From Glaucostegus cemiculus (lineage: Eukaryota), in contig CDPCPM010000274.1 of assembly GCA_976551045.1 (NCBI GenBank), forward strand, positions 248,001 through 312,000: a stretch of DNA of 64,000 bases, written 5' to 3'. A program made the position numbers and the translations under genes. The notes beneath the pieces were generated by a model. The model was not told the origin of the DNA, made no database searches, and worked only from the letters and a program-made list of their open reading frames with translations. Of the stretch, positions 12,676 through 26,356 are shown in pieces. How positions within the stretch are numbered: position 1 is the stretch's first letter; the number at the start of each line of letters is the position of its first letter.

Positions 12676-13165
12676 CTACTTTCTTCATCCCCTTGCACGT
12701 GGTTTACACGTGAAGTATATTCTTGCAATATTCTCAAACTTAGTCGTCGCTCATCAGTTTGAGAGATCTGTTAAACCCTTTTAACAGATGAAAGGGAGAC
12801 CGTAGGACCGTGGAATTCTAAAAGTCTGTTCTGAAGACGTAGCGGCGGCAGTCGCCGTGTTTTACGGATGGAGAAGTAACACTGTTGTCTGCCAAGCTGT
12901 GTGAGTAGATCCGGATTGCGCTGGGTGGCTACACATCATAAGGAAATGAAGTACTGGTTATTTACAAGATACTGAAGGGCAGAGCAAGGAGCAGGAAAAA
13001 TGCGGAGTCGGATAATTTTATGCTAAACAAGCCAGGATGCCCCTTCCCCCGAGCGTGTTAAATTCAACGAAAAATACCGATCGTAGAAAATAAATAAAAA
13101 TAGTAACTTGGTTTAAGTAAAACAAAACATCAATTATTGTGTAATATATTTTGAATAATATGTAC

Positions 13166-13192
13166 CAGCTTCTTTCTCATTAAGTTGGGGTT
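13166..13192 (-). CDS. Microexon 31 (27 nt): EPQLNEKEA
   Basis: tttatgttttatttacag|AACCCCAACTTAATGAGAAAGAAGCTG|gtacat. Confidence 0.82.
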
Positions 13193-13789
13193 CTGTAAAT
13201 AAAACATAAATTCAAAATGGTATTCTTTTTTGAATCGACCTCAAAGTAATCGAAGCCAAGCTACATGGAGAACAGGAATGGAATACGTTCGATCTTTTGA
13301 CTTAATATTAGTTGAAATGATATTTAGTAATTTAGGCTACATACCATTGCTAAGACCAGAATACATTATTTTTCATAAATAAGAGCAAACAGTGCTATTG
13401 CTTTCCCCATACCTGTCGTTGTTGCATTACGTTGGAAAAGTAATGGCTCAGTGACAGGCAGAAGATCAGATCTGTTATAATGTATTCCGTCAGCCGACCA
13501 TAAGCATTTAGGAACTGGTATCTAAATTGAATGAATTACTCACAGATTGGTCAGGTAACACAAGGATATTGTCGTGCTCATACCCAACAAACAATGTTCC
13601 ATTCTCCCCTGTCAAATCTCAAATGTCTTCTCCAATGGTAGGGCAGGCCCAACAATTTGGCCGCATTGCAGTATACGGTAAGAGGCAGGGTAGCCCTTGG
13701 GACCTGGGCATGACTTTACAACCTTGGCTCATGCTGCTATGAAAGACATTGGAAAGGAAACTCAACCTGGTAAGCAGCTGGCAAAGACT

Positions 13790-13930
13790 CTGGATGTATT
13801 AAAATCGATAATAACATTCTAGTTGATCTTAAAGTCGGTATGTCACCAACACCGGATGGAATGCGTCCTGGGATTCTGCGAGAAGTATTAAGATGTCAGA
13901 GACTCTGACCATTATCTTTCAGTGCGAAAG
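13790..13930 (+). mobile_element. CR1 ORF2 remnant
   Basis: Reads LKVGMSPTPDGMRPGILRE, a decayed KSPGPDGxHPRILRE motif. Confidence 0.6.
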
Positions 13931-14497
13931 GCTGCTGACAGAAAATTTAACATTGCTAGGTGGATTGATTTTAATAAAGCATTTATCTAGGACAAGACGG
14001 GTCTTTGCATCATCTTGTCAACCTCCATTTCTTGAAGAGAAATTTAGGGACTTTGAGGGATCCAAATGCATTTTTTAAAATAACGCCAAGGTTTTAAAAG
14101 GTAGTAAGAACTGGCTTTTAGTCTGTAGTTCATCTTTGACGAATGGTTGCAGTTTTTAAGTGGCCAAACAAACCATTTGGTTGCTCCGCTACCACTTTAG
14201 AGCAGGGACTACAACTGGGCGGACCACTTAGCATTGACAAATATGATGTTTACTATTGACTACTTTTGTCACATATACTGATACTTCGAATAAACAAATC
14301 ATGTTTTTCAACAATTATACATTTGACTGTACATTTTGTTGTGTGTGACATAATAAGGCCGCCACGTTTGCAATCAATTTCACACGAGTACTAAATGTAC
14401 CGTCATCCAGTTAATATACGATAGTATTTGCTTTCTTACATCTCACTTTTTATTTAAAAAGAACAATTTACCATGGAATATATTTTCAAAAACCTAC

Positions 14498-14524
14498 CGC
14501 TGTCTTTATCTTTCAGTATTTTAT
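14498..14524 (-). CDS. Microexon 30 (27 nt): DKILKDKDS
   Basis: catttcaattcatcag|ATAAAATACTGAAAGATAAAGACAGCG|gtaggt. Confidence 0.83.
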
Positions 14525-14653
14525 CTGATGAATTGAAATGTGAAACTTTCAGAATCTTTTCTTGTTGCATTGCAACAATCCTGCAACAGCCGGACATTAG
14601 TGACTGGGAGAGAAGGCTTGTGAGTTCACACACTATGAGTAATCTATACTCAC

Positions 14654-14689
14654 CCATATCTTCAAAACTTCGTTTAGTATTCTCCAGTT
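14654..14689 (-). CDS. Microexon 29 (36 nt): ELENTKRSFEDM
   Basis: atgtttcattcatcag|AACTGGAGAATACTAAACGAAGTTTTGAAGATATGG|gtgagt. Confidence 0.87.
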
Positions 14690-15300
14690 CTGATGAATGA
14701 AACATATTTTTAATGATATGATTTTTAAAACTCGAATTCATGTTGCATTAAATTTTATCATTTTCTGTCTATATTCCGGAACAATAATCCATATAATCCG
14801 TCGTATTGTACGTAAAACGTGTGCGTCTTCGGAGAGAAATTTCCGCCATTTACCCAGATAATTCAATAGCAGCTTGCACACCTTTCTCTACCTACCCTAC
14901 ACCTTAAAAGTGCAACGGATGTGTTGCAAATCCTGTTGTCTATGGATAAGAAACCCCGTCATTGCACACCAGTGACGGCATTGCACACAGGTGACTACCA
15001 CTTTTCACACACTGACTGATCTTCAATTTAGTTGAGACAATAGAAATTATAAACACTTTTCTCGGAATAGTTATCAAAATCAATCAATTTGTGAGATACT
15101 TCCGTTATTCATGATGCACCCACCCCCTTTGCAACCTCATAGAAATGCAGTGTCCACCAAATAATGAAAAAGAAGTATTTGCAGCGTGTGTGCCCATAGC
15201 AATTAATAAGCTTAAATGTGTGACTCAACTCAGTGTCGGTGTGCTGACTAAAGTAATTAGAAAATAGGAAATGAGCGTCATATAAGACAGAATTCCTCAC

Positions 15301-15327
15301 CCTGTCCTTTTTGTCTGAGCTGAGCTT
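15301..15327 (-). CDS. Microexon 28 (27 nt): EAQLRQKGQ (module exon D)
   Basis: ttatttatttcccgcag|AAGCTCAGCTCAGACAAAAAGGACAGG|gtgagg. Confidence 0.85.
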
Positions 15328-15383
15328 CTGCGGGAAATAAATAATGTGAACTCACATTTATTAATTTGGAAAGAGAGCTCCCA

Positions 15384-15679
15384 GGCACGGTAGTGTAGCG
15401 GTTAGTGTAAAGTTTTACAGCGCCAGCAACCCGGGTTCAATTCCGGCCGCTGTCTGTAAGGAGTTTGTATGTTCTCCCCGTGTCTGCGTGGGTTTCCTCC
15501 GGGTGCTCCGGTTTTCTCCCACATTCCAAAGACGTACGGGTTAGGAAGTTGTGGGCGTGCTATGTTGGCGCCGGAAGCATGGCAACACTTGCGGGCTGCC
15601 CCCAGAACACTCCAAGCAAAATATCTATTTCACTGTGTGTTTCGATGTATATGTGACTAATAAAGAAATCTTATCTTAC
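15384..15679 (+). mobile_element. tRNA-derived V-SINE (HE1-like), near full length
   Basis: tRNA-like head with A/B boxes (gtagtgtagcggttag...gggttcaattcc), V-domain (gtttgtatgttctccccgtgtctgcgtgggtttcctccgg), AATAAA and tctta tail. Confidence 0.9.
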
Positions 15680-16529
15680 AAATGTTAATTAATATTTGAA
15701 GAAATACAACTGTTCAGGGGAGTGAAATGCATCACCAGAGTATTATTTTTTATATAATTGTTTTATTTCTTGTGGTAACATCTTACCACATGGAAGGCGA
15801 AATGAAGCAAATGAAATGAACGTCTAATTGTCTTAAAAATTTAACATATTGTTTGTCAGCACAAGCTTATCGTTTTGCATGCAAACAATAGTCTGCTATA
15901 ATTTTCTTTTAAATCGTTTCTTTGCCAGAAAAGGCAGCCCATAGCTGAGTATATGATGAATGACGATTAAATCTATAGATGTCGCACTGTTTAAAGACAG
16001 TTTGTTTTCTCGCTGTTACAGAAATGGGTGTATTCTGAGCAGTCCAGGGAAGAATATGTAAAATTATCAGATTATTTACCACCATCTGATTCTCTGTGCT
16101 TTCCAGAGAATTCAGTGCATTACGTTGAAAATCCATCGCATCGCTCAACAATTCACTGAACCCTCAGCTCTGCATCCTTGCCATCAACAATAATATCGAA
16201 AACGATCGTGAACAGGTTGTCTCATGCAATTCCCGTCACTCCACAAACGGTAAGAACTGCCTTGATGTGAACTGAGCCGTCACTCGGCAATTTCGCTATC
16301 CTGAACTACCACGTTAAAATTGAATCAATTCAAAAAACAGCATCCACACAACTTCCGGGGATCCGTATTTTGCTGCAGGTCATGGCACAATCTGTAATTC
16401 ACATATGCTCCTCGTTGACAAAGTGGCAGGACTTCATAACTGTCAAGGACCACTTCTAGGCCATATTGAAATGTTAATTGGATTTCACAATCGTGTTTGA
16501 TAAAATACTGATGTTCTTCGTTGAAAATG

Positions 16530-16615
16530 TAACGGACACAAGAGATTAGAGACCCCCAGTAGATGCGGTGCATTTAGGTTTTCAGGAACCCTTTGATAAA
16601 TTGCACATAAAATGT
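16530..16615 (+). mobile_element. CR1 RT remnant
   Basis: Reads PVDAVHLGFQEPFDKL, a decayed VDVVYLDFQKAFDK motif. Confidence 0.6.
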
Positions 16616-16649
16616 CAGTGTGAAATTTACAGAAACACATCAAACTCAC

Positions 16650-16676
16650 CTAAATCATTAAGGCTTCTTTTGTGGT
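16650..16676 (-). CDS. Microexon 27 (27 nt): DHKRSLNDL (module exon C)
   Basis: atctttattttcag|ACCACAAAAGAAGCCTTAATGATTTAG|gtgagt. Confidence 0.87.
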   Translation of the reverse strand, partial: TTKEALMI

Positions 16677-17047
16677 CTGAAAATAAAGATATTAAAATCG
16701 GTTGTAAGGGACATTTTACCCGAATCAGTGAAGTGTTTCTACTAATCTGATGATTCAAAGGAGTGCTTAAAATAACGTATACGCACTAAAAAGATTTTTT
16801 AATAAAACAGGAGATTGTGTCTACAATAGATGGATGTATGTTGATTGGTCAAAATATGCCTGTTGTTATCTGCTAAAGACTTGAACAAAATGACGTAACA
16901 TTTCTATTCTGTATTGCGCGGCGCGGCACATTGAATCCGTTAATTTTGATCTCACCTGCAGTTTACATGAAACCAGTCTTCCTGTAACTAGACTCAGCGC
17001 AGTGCAGGGCCTGAACAACTATAAGCAGCGAGTTTATCCAAGGATAC

Positions 17048-17867
17048 TGTTACGAAGTAGCTTACTTAGGCAAATATCCCTTTAAGATGGGACGTTGTGT
17101 GTGTGTGTGCAACGTGTTGCGTCAGCAGAAGATGGGACTAACGTGATGAGGTCACTGCAAGAAAGAAAAAGATAAGAGAGAGAGACAGACAGACAGATGG
17201 AAAGAGAGAAGAAGGAGAGACGGCAGCCTGTTTTGTTTCTGTCGTTGGATGAAGGACAGTAATTGTGTTTGTCACTAAAATCCGTGGATGGATTTCTGGA
17301 GTAGTCCAGTGGAGTTCACTTTGTCGGTAACCTGTAGAAGGACACAGGTGTTTGCGTGAACAACCACATTTTGGATGCTGCTCAGAGTGACAGATACTGT
17401 GGAACAAAGTGACGGAATTCACTTTGCTGCTAACCTGTAGAAGAACGCAGGTATTTGCATGGACAGTCAACATACAAGGAGTTTTCAGGGTGAGAAAGTC
17501 ACTACTGAGTAAGCCCTAAAGTGTCGTTTGAGTTCCGAGTGGAACATTTGGATTTCGTGATTCCTCTCTAATCTCTCTCTATCTATGTTTTGTCTTCGGT
17601 GGACAGTGCTTGTGAAGAAGTCTTTACTCGTGTCATTTTACGGCTTATTGAACTGAACTTTAAGAACTAATTCCTGGACTTTGAGTTTAGGAATTCGACA
17701 CACACACACGACGAGCAGTTTTGGGGTTATAGTTTAAGATTCTAACATTTTGTTTTGTACTAATATACTAACTTTTTCTTCTTATTTTACGTATGATCAG
17801 ATGTAGTTATTAATAAAGTAGTTTTAACACTTCACAAGTGTGCTTCTTTGTTGCTGGTTTCGTAACA
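17048..17867 (+). mobile_element. Solo LTR (820 bp), family 2, probably Gypsy-type, 4-bp TSD ATAC
   Basis: TGTTACGAA...TTCGTAACA 9-bp terminal inverted repeats; ATAC at 17044-17047 and 17868-17871; AATAAA near 17812. Confidence 0.9.
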
Positions 17868-19092
17868 ATACATTTGATAAATGCTTATCTACTGCTAAAC
17901 TGCCGACGAGCGTAAAGCTTTGTGAATGTCTGTTGTGTTTGCAAATACTGAAAATGTCGCAGTAACACGGGAAAAAGAAGTCACTGTATTATTCGGCCAT
18001 CTTAAACGCGAAAGAAATGATAAAAAACGAAAAACATGTAAACATGAAACATAACACAGAATATAGAAGGTCAGAGCACAGGAACAAACCGTTCGGCCCA
18101 CGACATCTGTGCTGACTTTGATGCCAATTTAAACTGCACATCTGTCTGCATTTGGTGCATATCTCTCCGGTCCCTGTCTGTTCACTTGAACACAGGGGAT
18201 AGAAGAATATTGAACGCATTAGAATGCACATTAAACCTTGCAAGAACTAAGTAGACTTACCTTTACTCGATTAAATGAAAAATGCAATGTACACTACCCT
18301 CACCTTTCGCCTTGGATGTGTTAGAGCTAGGAAATGCCTGGCAAGTTACTCTGCCTCCGTTGGACTGCACGACATCATCAGCGCTGAGGTGTTGATGTCT
18401 TGTCGCGGAAGACCAACTGTGTAGAAGTTAGCGACTTCTGCTTCCAGATACGTAAGGTGATTAACGTTTAAGATGGTTTTAACGAAGCAGGTTCACGCCT
18501 GTGCATTATGAGATTATCGGCTTCGTTACATTTGGGTAACGGATAATGCAAGAGGGCGGATGAATTGCTCAGCAATTCGGGTTTGTTTCTCTAAATTTTG
18601 AGCCTGGGAATCTGCGTCAACACAGTTTGCTGCTCCACCAGATTGTCCTGAAAAATCCACAAAATCTATTGAAGTGAAACAAATAGAAAAAAAATATTTT
18701 GCACAAATCGTAATATCATCATTTTACTATGTTTTATGTTTTTGAACATTGTCATCTAAAAGTTTTCTACACGCCCTCTGGAGCGAACTAATTCGTAAGA
18801 TAGTATTGGATTTATTTTCGCAGGCCAATAGACTTTAGAAAATAAAGTGGATATTTGTCCGCCATAATATTGGATGTTATCAAGAACTAAATGACAGTGA
18901 TTTCTTTTACAAGCAGCAAAAAATCGATACATATTGAATTATATTTACTTCCGTCCCGGAGGTATCAGAAGTCTGTTTTCACTTTACATATTATCAAGAG
19001 TATGTACTATGCATCAGTTACTCTCAAATCTTCTTGTTATTTTCACAAGGAAGTTGAGAAGCTCGATCTTTCCTCGATCACAAGGCAATTAC

Positions 19093-19116
19093 CTTTGGCT
19101 TCTTTAATCTTTGAGA
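19093..19116 (-). CDS. Microexon 26 (24 nt): VSKIKEAK (module exon B)
   Basis: ctgcatgtttccttag|TCTCAAAGATTAAAGAAGCCAAAG|gtaatt. Confidence 0.83.
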
Positions 19117-20289
19117 CTAAGGAAACATGCAGAAGTAACATGTAATGTCCGTCATTTTCATTTGAAGTCATTGATAATCAAATGGTTATCTGCATGCTTG
19201 CATGCATTAATATCCTTCTTCATGTTTTATGCAACACGTATATATATATTTTTTTACCGAATCGTTTACAAATTTGATATGTCACAACACAGCAGAATCT
19301 CAAAAAAAAAAAAAATCCCACATTGATCATTAGAATGGGAGATCAACTGTTGCAAAGGAATGTTTTATTTCACGATTGTGGAAATTGACAATAATGGGAC
19401 GGCCGGTTATGCTCCATCAACATCAAATTACGTGAATTGCAGTCCGGGCAGTTCTGGCGACTCTGCTAAACGTTGCATTACTAGCGATCTAGTGCAATAC
19501 TGATTGTAAATGTTCTGAATAAGTGACTCATGCACACCACATAGTCTAATGCCCATTTGGAATTATCAGGAGAGAACGCGTTTTGTTATTCTGGACTCAT
19601 CATGGTTAACATGGCTTTTATTTAATATTTGCATTGTTGATATAAATGTTTCTAATGTTTGAGAGTTGCCAGTATTTAGGTTGTAGAATTTCCAAATAAA
19701 ATGACACGATTTGCTTTTCACTCAAACTGACATTTCATATGTTCCATTCATGAACATGAATGCCCACCAATACGCAACTCATCGATATTTATTGGCTTTG
19801 TATCTCTACTATCTGAAAACGTTAATTATTCCTCTCGCTTATATCAATACTATTAACTGTGAATTACTAGCAACACATGGCCTTTCATACATATCATCTG
19901 GAGCAAAATGTAAGCTCCGGATAAAATGTAAAGTCTTTAAAGTCTATTTGCCACTTCGCCTCCCTCTAGATAATATACCCTCTTTAACTACTAGACATGT
20001 TCAACTCACAATTATTTTCTGAGCAATTACAAAATTTGATGTGTTACTTGAGCCTTGCGGGCAGAAAACCAAAATGCATTTTACCTACCGAAAATTACGA
20101 ATTGGCTAGGTTTAAATTATGGCGTCTACTGCACGAATCAAGTGACGTTTAATTCGTGTCAAACAGCACCGAATATTTCACACCATGTAAAGCCCTATAG
20201 CAAGCATCAATGCTCAGTTTCCACTAGTCCAGTCTAATATTGGTAAAAGCTGAACATTGTTGAACAGTACAAGCAATTTGATACTCTAC

Positions 20290-20316
20290 CAAGTTGCAAG
20301 CGAAGAGTTTCAATTC
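20290..20316 (-). CDS. Microexon 25 (27 nt): GIETLRLQL (module exon A)
   Basis: ttctttactcttcattag|GAATTGAAACTCTTCGCTTGCAACTTG|gtagag. Confidence 0.82.
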
Positions 20317-20573
20317 CTAATGAAGAGTAAAGAATCAAGTAAAAATACTGGCAAACAAACTAATTGATCTTTCAGAGTACAACCGGCGTGTTCATGCCAC
20401 CAAGAATAAAGTAACTATATTAACTATTTAATCTTTACTAGATGTTTGCAATGTTCTTCAAATGCCCGCGTAATTCATCATTAGTAAATCAACAGGCAAA
20501 ATACAATAAAGGAGAGCGGGACATAATTTATCATAGTTGTTTTCGTTTTCCCGATAAAATCGAAAAACCTCAC

Positions 20574-20591
20574 CTGCAGTATTTCGCTTAA
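20574..20591 (-). CDS. Microexon 24 (18 nt): VKRNTA (linker)
   Basis: ttgtgattattttcag|TTAAGCGAAATACTGCAG|gtgagg. Confidence 0.78.
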
Positions 20592-23500
20592 CTGAAAATA
20601 ATCACAAAGTGTAAAATTAATGTACTTTTCATTGGATGCAAATTTCCAGAGCTATTCTACCTCACTAACATTGCTGCATCAAAGTACAGTTTGCAGCGCG
20701 TCATGCAGATAGATAAAAAAATCCACTCGTAGTTTTGGAAATATTAAACAAATCTATTGACACCATTAATTAGTTAAACTGTCAAGCTGTTTAACTAGCA
20801 ATCAAAAGTAATTTACGAACATTGCATATTCACGTTCGTAAACATGCCTATTTAGGTTCCTCGTAACAAAACGAATTAGTAAAATAAATACATAATGTTT
20901 AATGTTGTGAAATTTTTTCACACTTTTGTTGCTACGTTGTAACTAACTAAAGAAGGGATATTTATTGGCTTAATAGATACAAGATCATAAGATCATAAAA
21001 TCGTGCCATATAATATATATTTTTCGGAGGGATGCATGATGTGATTATTTTTGCCAGTTCCAAACCGCGGCGGGGGTGTTTACCCGCAAGGGACAAAGTA
21101 TGCTTATTCGCTATTCAGACACACTACCCACCAACAGTTCTTACACTTGGAACGCCAAATGAACTGGTCCTGGCTAATTAGGTGTCTTCAAGCCTCATCT
21201 CCTGTCGGACGCTTGACAGGAGACGTGGCTTTTTGTCCTTATGATACAGTGATATCTGAAAATTCTTGAGCTGTAAATAATTCAAAACTATATTAATCAT
21301 TAACATAATTAAGCAATGTAGGAATATAGAGGGCCTCATAATGAGTTAACGCAAAATAATTTAAGCACATGAGCTAAAATACTTATCATGCTCCACCTTA
21401 TGCATAATCTAGCAATCCCCATTCAGACAGCTTCTCAGATATTGTACTTGATCTAAATGGTATGAGTCCAGGGAAGCGTATTCCGATGAGTAATGTCGGG
21501 GATGATCAGCAAAGCAAAGTTGCCAGATTGTATTCGAGGTGAAATTTTAGCGTTTCTCTAATGTGCTGAATTGTACAAACACGTTTCCAATGTACATTCC
21601 TAAAATCAAACTTCAGCCTAACAGAATAGGTTTTATCCAGAATTCTGAAAAAGCCCCAGAACTACTTTTGTCAATCCGTAAATATAGCAGAATTATTGAC
21701 ATCTTCTGATAAAAACGCCTCCAAGTTGCGAATTTTTAAATCAAACTAGGTTCCTCCTTTAAATGATAGAAGATTTCATTTAATTTGCTTGATTTTCTGC
21801 TGGTCATTTGCACAAGTTCCCACGAATACATTTATTCCCCTTCTACACCTGTTCAATAATCCATATTACAGTTAAAACGGATTAGTCCATACTACTGTTA
21901 GTGTTTTCTTCTTTTTTTGCAGTTGAGAGATTTGCCTGCATATTTGATTATCCGGTGATTTTTGCTTGGGGGGGGGGGTGGTGGTGCGTGGGAGGGGGAA
22001 TTACTATTGCAAGTTCTATCTTATATCCTTTCCTCTCTTGTTTGAGAACCCTGTTGCATGCAACAATGACCCCGCAGTTCTTTAAAACGTCTTTCAGTAG
22101 CATTGAATGTTAATGCATAACCCTATCCGTTCAAGTACTTTATTTCCGAGCCCCTTTCACTAATTTATATACAATTAAACACCACCAAACTCTTCTTATA
22201 TTTGTCTTCCAACTGAAGCTTGTGCTCGGAGATTCGATATTGTTAATTTGTCATTCGGATGTTAATATGCTCCTACCTTCTGAGGCAACTTTGTTTCGTC
22301 TCCAAGGGAGAAAATTTACTTTATTTTAAGGGCGCTGAATGTTATACAATAGAGATGCAACCAGCCTTGCTCTGTATCCCAAGAATGTATCTATGTACTG
22401 TAAGAACTGACCTTCGGGCTGCACCTCAGCTTCCACCATGCACTCATCTACACCCCCGTTCTTGCACCCTATTACTTCTGTACCACTTTGGTTTATGAAA
22501 CTGATAGAATCTCAGAAATCACTGACTTCGGCATCATCCCATGTCCTTTCAATCTACGTACAACATTAGGTGCATTTGACATGTGTAATTTTGAACTTAT
22601 AGATGCACAAAAGTAAGATATGAATTTTCCAAATTTTGAGCATGCACTGGAGGGACTATTAACATTGAAATCGATGAAGAAAGGTCTGAAAGTAACTGTT
22701 TCAGTCGGCCACCGATTTGTCACGTCTGTTTTATCGTTTCACTGAAGGGAAACTTACAGATCAATAACAGACAGAAAAAAAAACCATGGAGCATTCGATA
22801 GCAATCAATTAAGACTCCAAACAGAGGGCTCGTTTCCGAAATAATGTTACTTATATATTAATATGTTTGAATAAAAAATCCATTTGCCTACTTCCAAAAT
22901 TTGAACGCTAATTTAATACCTCTGATCTCTTCTAATCTAATATAAATATAGAATTTAAAAACACATATTCAAATGAATAAATATATTCCTTTTAAAAAGG
23001 ATACGTCAGGTTTATAATGACAGCATTTCCAGCCAATTCTTTTTATATTGCCTTTGTTATAGGCAATAAGCCAGGCTCCGTTTATTGTATTTGACAATGA
23101 GAAATGCAGAACAGAAATGCAAAACAGAAAATACTATATCCATAGTCTTGACCTATGATCTTAATCTGTATCTTACCACTACCTGAATAATCGTCCGAAG
23201 ACCCTATGATGAAAGTATACATTTGTTTTATATGCAGTAGAAGATCAGTTTTGATATAAATATTAAGAATACACTGAATTCTTATATTTGAGTGCTTTAG
23301 GTATGTCTGCCTTTCTAGTTTTAAATGTGATATGATTAATTTATCATAACTGGAGAATATTCAAATACTCGAAGAGGAAGCATGTAGTCAATGTCATGTT
23401 CTTTGTCGTTAGTGCATGGCGAAATGCGCAGAAAACACTCCGACTTTCTTCTCCGCTCAAAGTGTCATTTATCTGAGAGTATGCTTGATGACTTGTTCCT

Positions 23501-24929
23501 CACTATTTCACATTCGCTGTGCGGCACAGACATTGGCTCTGACATTAAGTAAAATAACACAAATATCAGATTAATTTGACATCCTCAGTTAAACGTAGAA
23601 AGCCGGCAGGTGCTAAAAAATACTTTTTTGATGGGTGGAATATTTGTTTTGTAATTGCACTATTTTTTGAGATCTCAATTTTAACCTAATTATTCATCTT
23701 TGGTAATTTGGGACAATTATTTTTTATCATCACTAGTACTTTAGATAGTGGTGCGGGCTTTGTTGAATCGCTTCATCTTTCTTTCAGGGTACTTTTACTG
23801 AGTGGGTGGTTCCAGTATTCCAGTTTTGGGGAACAAACAATCTGCTGTAGGAATTTAACTGGTCGAGTAGCATCTGTTGGGGGAACGGAATTGTTAAGGC
23901 TTCGGGTCGAGCAGCTGCATAAGGACAGACGTCGACAATTCATTGTCTTCAGAGATGCTGCTGGAACCACTAAGCCCATCCATCAGATTACCGTTTTATG
24001 CTACATCCCAGTGTTTGCAGTCTTTTACTCTTCGGATATATTTTGCATCCTGCGGTCGAAGAACTCTTGTGGAAATGCTGTTGTGTATTTTGTACATGGT
24101 GCATACAACAGCCAGGATCTGGAGGTGATGGAGTGAATACTCAGCGTGATGAATGAAAAGTGCGTTTTAAACAGGCTGCTCTGTTGTAGGAGGTTTCAAG
24201 ACTATTGACATTTTAAGTAGCATTCATATTGGTAAGTCTATTCAAACACATATCTTACTGGCGTGAAGATGGTTGAAAACTCTGCAAAGGTCGAAATGCA
24301 TGTCTCGCCGCATGATAAGAAGGATTCTGAGCTAAACTTGCAAACTGGCTGGTGAAGTTAATGTTCTCGTAAATGCTCACCTCACCAAATAAATGGATCA
24401 ATTTCAAGTTAATTTATTATCATATGCATACATGCTCAGGGTATAATGCTATGAAAGTCAAATTTTTGCTGCAGCAGCCCAGTATCACAGTACATTACAA
24501 ACAAAATGCGACAATGATAATGTCACTGGATGTCGATAGGATGCGGTTAATCTATATTTTTATGAAATGTTCATCGCCTGACCCTGCTGTGGTGCGAGTA
24601 TTATAAGAAATATGTCACATCATATCTAAATATTGTCCATTGTTTGTTTCGTGGAGCAAATTCTACTTCAGTTGTCACAGTAGTTCTGAAATGACCGTTT
24701 AAAGTCCATTGTCAGCTGAGCCCATTTCTTAACGGGTGATGAAGTGAAGCTGATGGATGAAGCATCTTCAATTGTTTGGGCCCAATGACTTGCCCAGAAG
24801 AGCTCCTCACGTAATATGCTGCGGCTGGATTATTTTCTTTCCAATAACAATAATCATCACCCATCGTGCGAGTCATGGAAGTCAATAAACAATTTCCTCT
24901 TGGATCTCAAGTATGAACAAGGATGTGAC

Positions 24930-25110
24930 AGTGGAGCAGGTATATAGAAGATAAACCAGAACTTCGCCTGGGAGGGAACGTTTCAATTTAGAAGGGAGAA
25001 TCTAGAGTCTTGGTCTGTTTACCCCGAAGTGGAGGAGGTTAAGTGGGGACATGATTGAGGTATACACAGGTATGAGGGGCACAGATAGGGTGAACTGCAG
25101 AAAAACTTCA
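24930..25110 (+). mobile_element. CR1 ORF2 3' remnant
   Basis: Reads LGLFTPKWRRLSGDMIEVYTGMRGTDRV, a decayed LGLFSLERRRLRGDLIEVYKIMRGIDRV motif. Confidence 0.7.
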
Positions 25111-26117
25111 TTTTGGGGCTGCCTAAGTCTATGGCTTGAAAATAAGTGAGATTGATAGACGTGAAATCACATGTGCACAACGACTACTCCTACTCATTCT
25201 TCAGTACATTAGTTAAGAAATAGATTGGAGTCAGTCAGATCTCGACAGAAATGTCATGGTGCTTCGCTTGTTCGACCATTTCGTCATAATGGTACGGGTG
25301 CAACTGGGGGTGGATTCACGACATTGCGCATGTCAGTCAGTTCCAGATTTAAGAACACGCGAAAGCAAGTATCAAAACCATGAACGTCAGATTGTGCCTA
25401 ATTGTCCAATTTCGGTGCACTGATGCCACTTTGTTTTCTCGGAATGAAGGCAAAATCGAAGCTGAAAGAATATCGGATATTCCGAGCAACAAGCTTGAAT
25501 GCAACTGCTGGCGTCCAATGAAATTTGGCGCAAGGTATATGACAGGTGCAGTACGGCCGGACGCAGTACGTTAAACCTGTAGCGATATTTAATTTGGATA
25601 ACCGATAAAATAATAGGTCCACCAGTGTCTATTTGGATTAAGCAAGAATTTATGTTTGGTATGTCGTGTGGTATAGAACAATGAATCAAAACTGCAGTTT
25701 GGCTGTCCAGTGAACCTCTAGATCAGAAGAATCGGATTAAAATAAAACATGGGCTGAAGACCAAAGGGAATACTGTATGAAATATACTGATTTTATTCTG
25801 GGTCAATAAGAAAAAGATATTCGGATTTTCTAATCTAAAACACCATCGACTGAAGTTTCATTTAGATTACTGTCTATAGATTTTCAGTGTAGCTGCGGAA
25901 GAAATGCAGCGTTTCAGTGGATGGTTCAAGAAATTGCTAAGGTAAGGAATCTGGAAGAAATTGCTAATGTAAGGAATCTGGACAAGCCTTAATCCACTTA
26001 CCTTCAGGAGAAAGTTGGATTTTTAAATATACGTGACGTGGAAGGATGGTGACTAATTTTGATTTGCTTCGGGAGTCCATAGTGAGGTAATGAAGTGTAC
26101 GAAAAGTTGACTGGTTA

Positions 26118-26356
26118 TTTTTTTAAATTTTATTTACAGCGCGGTAACAGGCCCTTTCGGCCCAACGAGTCCGCGCCGCCCATTTTAAATCCACAAATTA
26201 ACCTACCCTTACGTATTTTACAATGTGGGAGGAAACCGGAGCACCCGGAGGAAACCCACGCAGACACGGGAGAACGTACAAACTCCTTACAGTCAGCGAC
26301 GGGAATCGAACCCCGATCGCTGGCGCTGTAACAGCGTCGCGCTAACCGCTACGCTA
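26118..26356 (-). mobile_element. tRNA-derived V-SINE
   Basis: Reverse complement of tRNA head and V-domain (ggaaacccacgcagacacgggagaacgtacaaactcc), A-rich tail. Confidence 0.9.

Noticed and set aside
15384-15460. tRNA-like sequence
   Set aside because: It is the head of a V-SINE, continuous with the SINE body and tail, not a tRNA gene.
16720-16746. 27-nt AG/GT-flanked minus-strand segment
   Set aside because: In-frame TAG, and the following intron would be only 43 nt.
23177-23182. Possible 6-nt microexon GTAGTG|gtaaga
   Set aside because: Weak pyrimidine tract and too short to support from sequence alone.
25928-25981. 27-bp tandem duplication matching the commonest exon length
   Set aside because: No minus-strand splice signals in register; the period appears coincidental.
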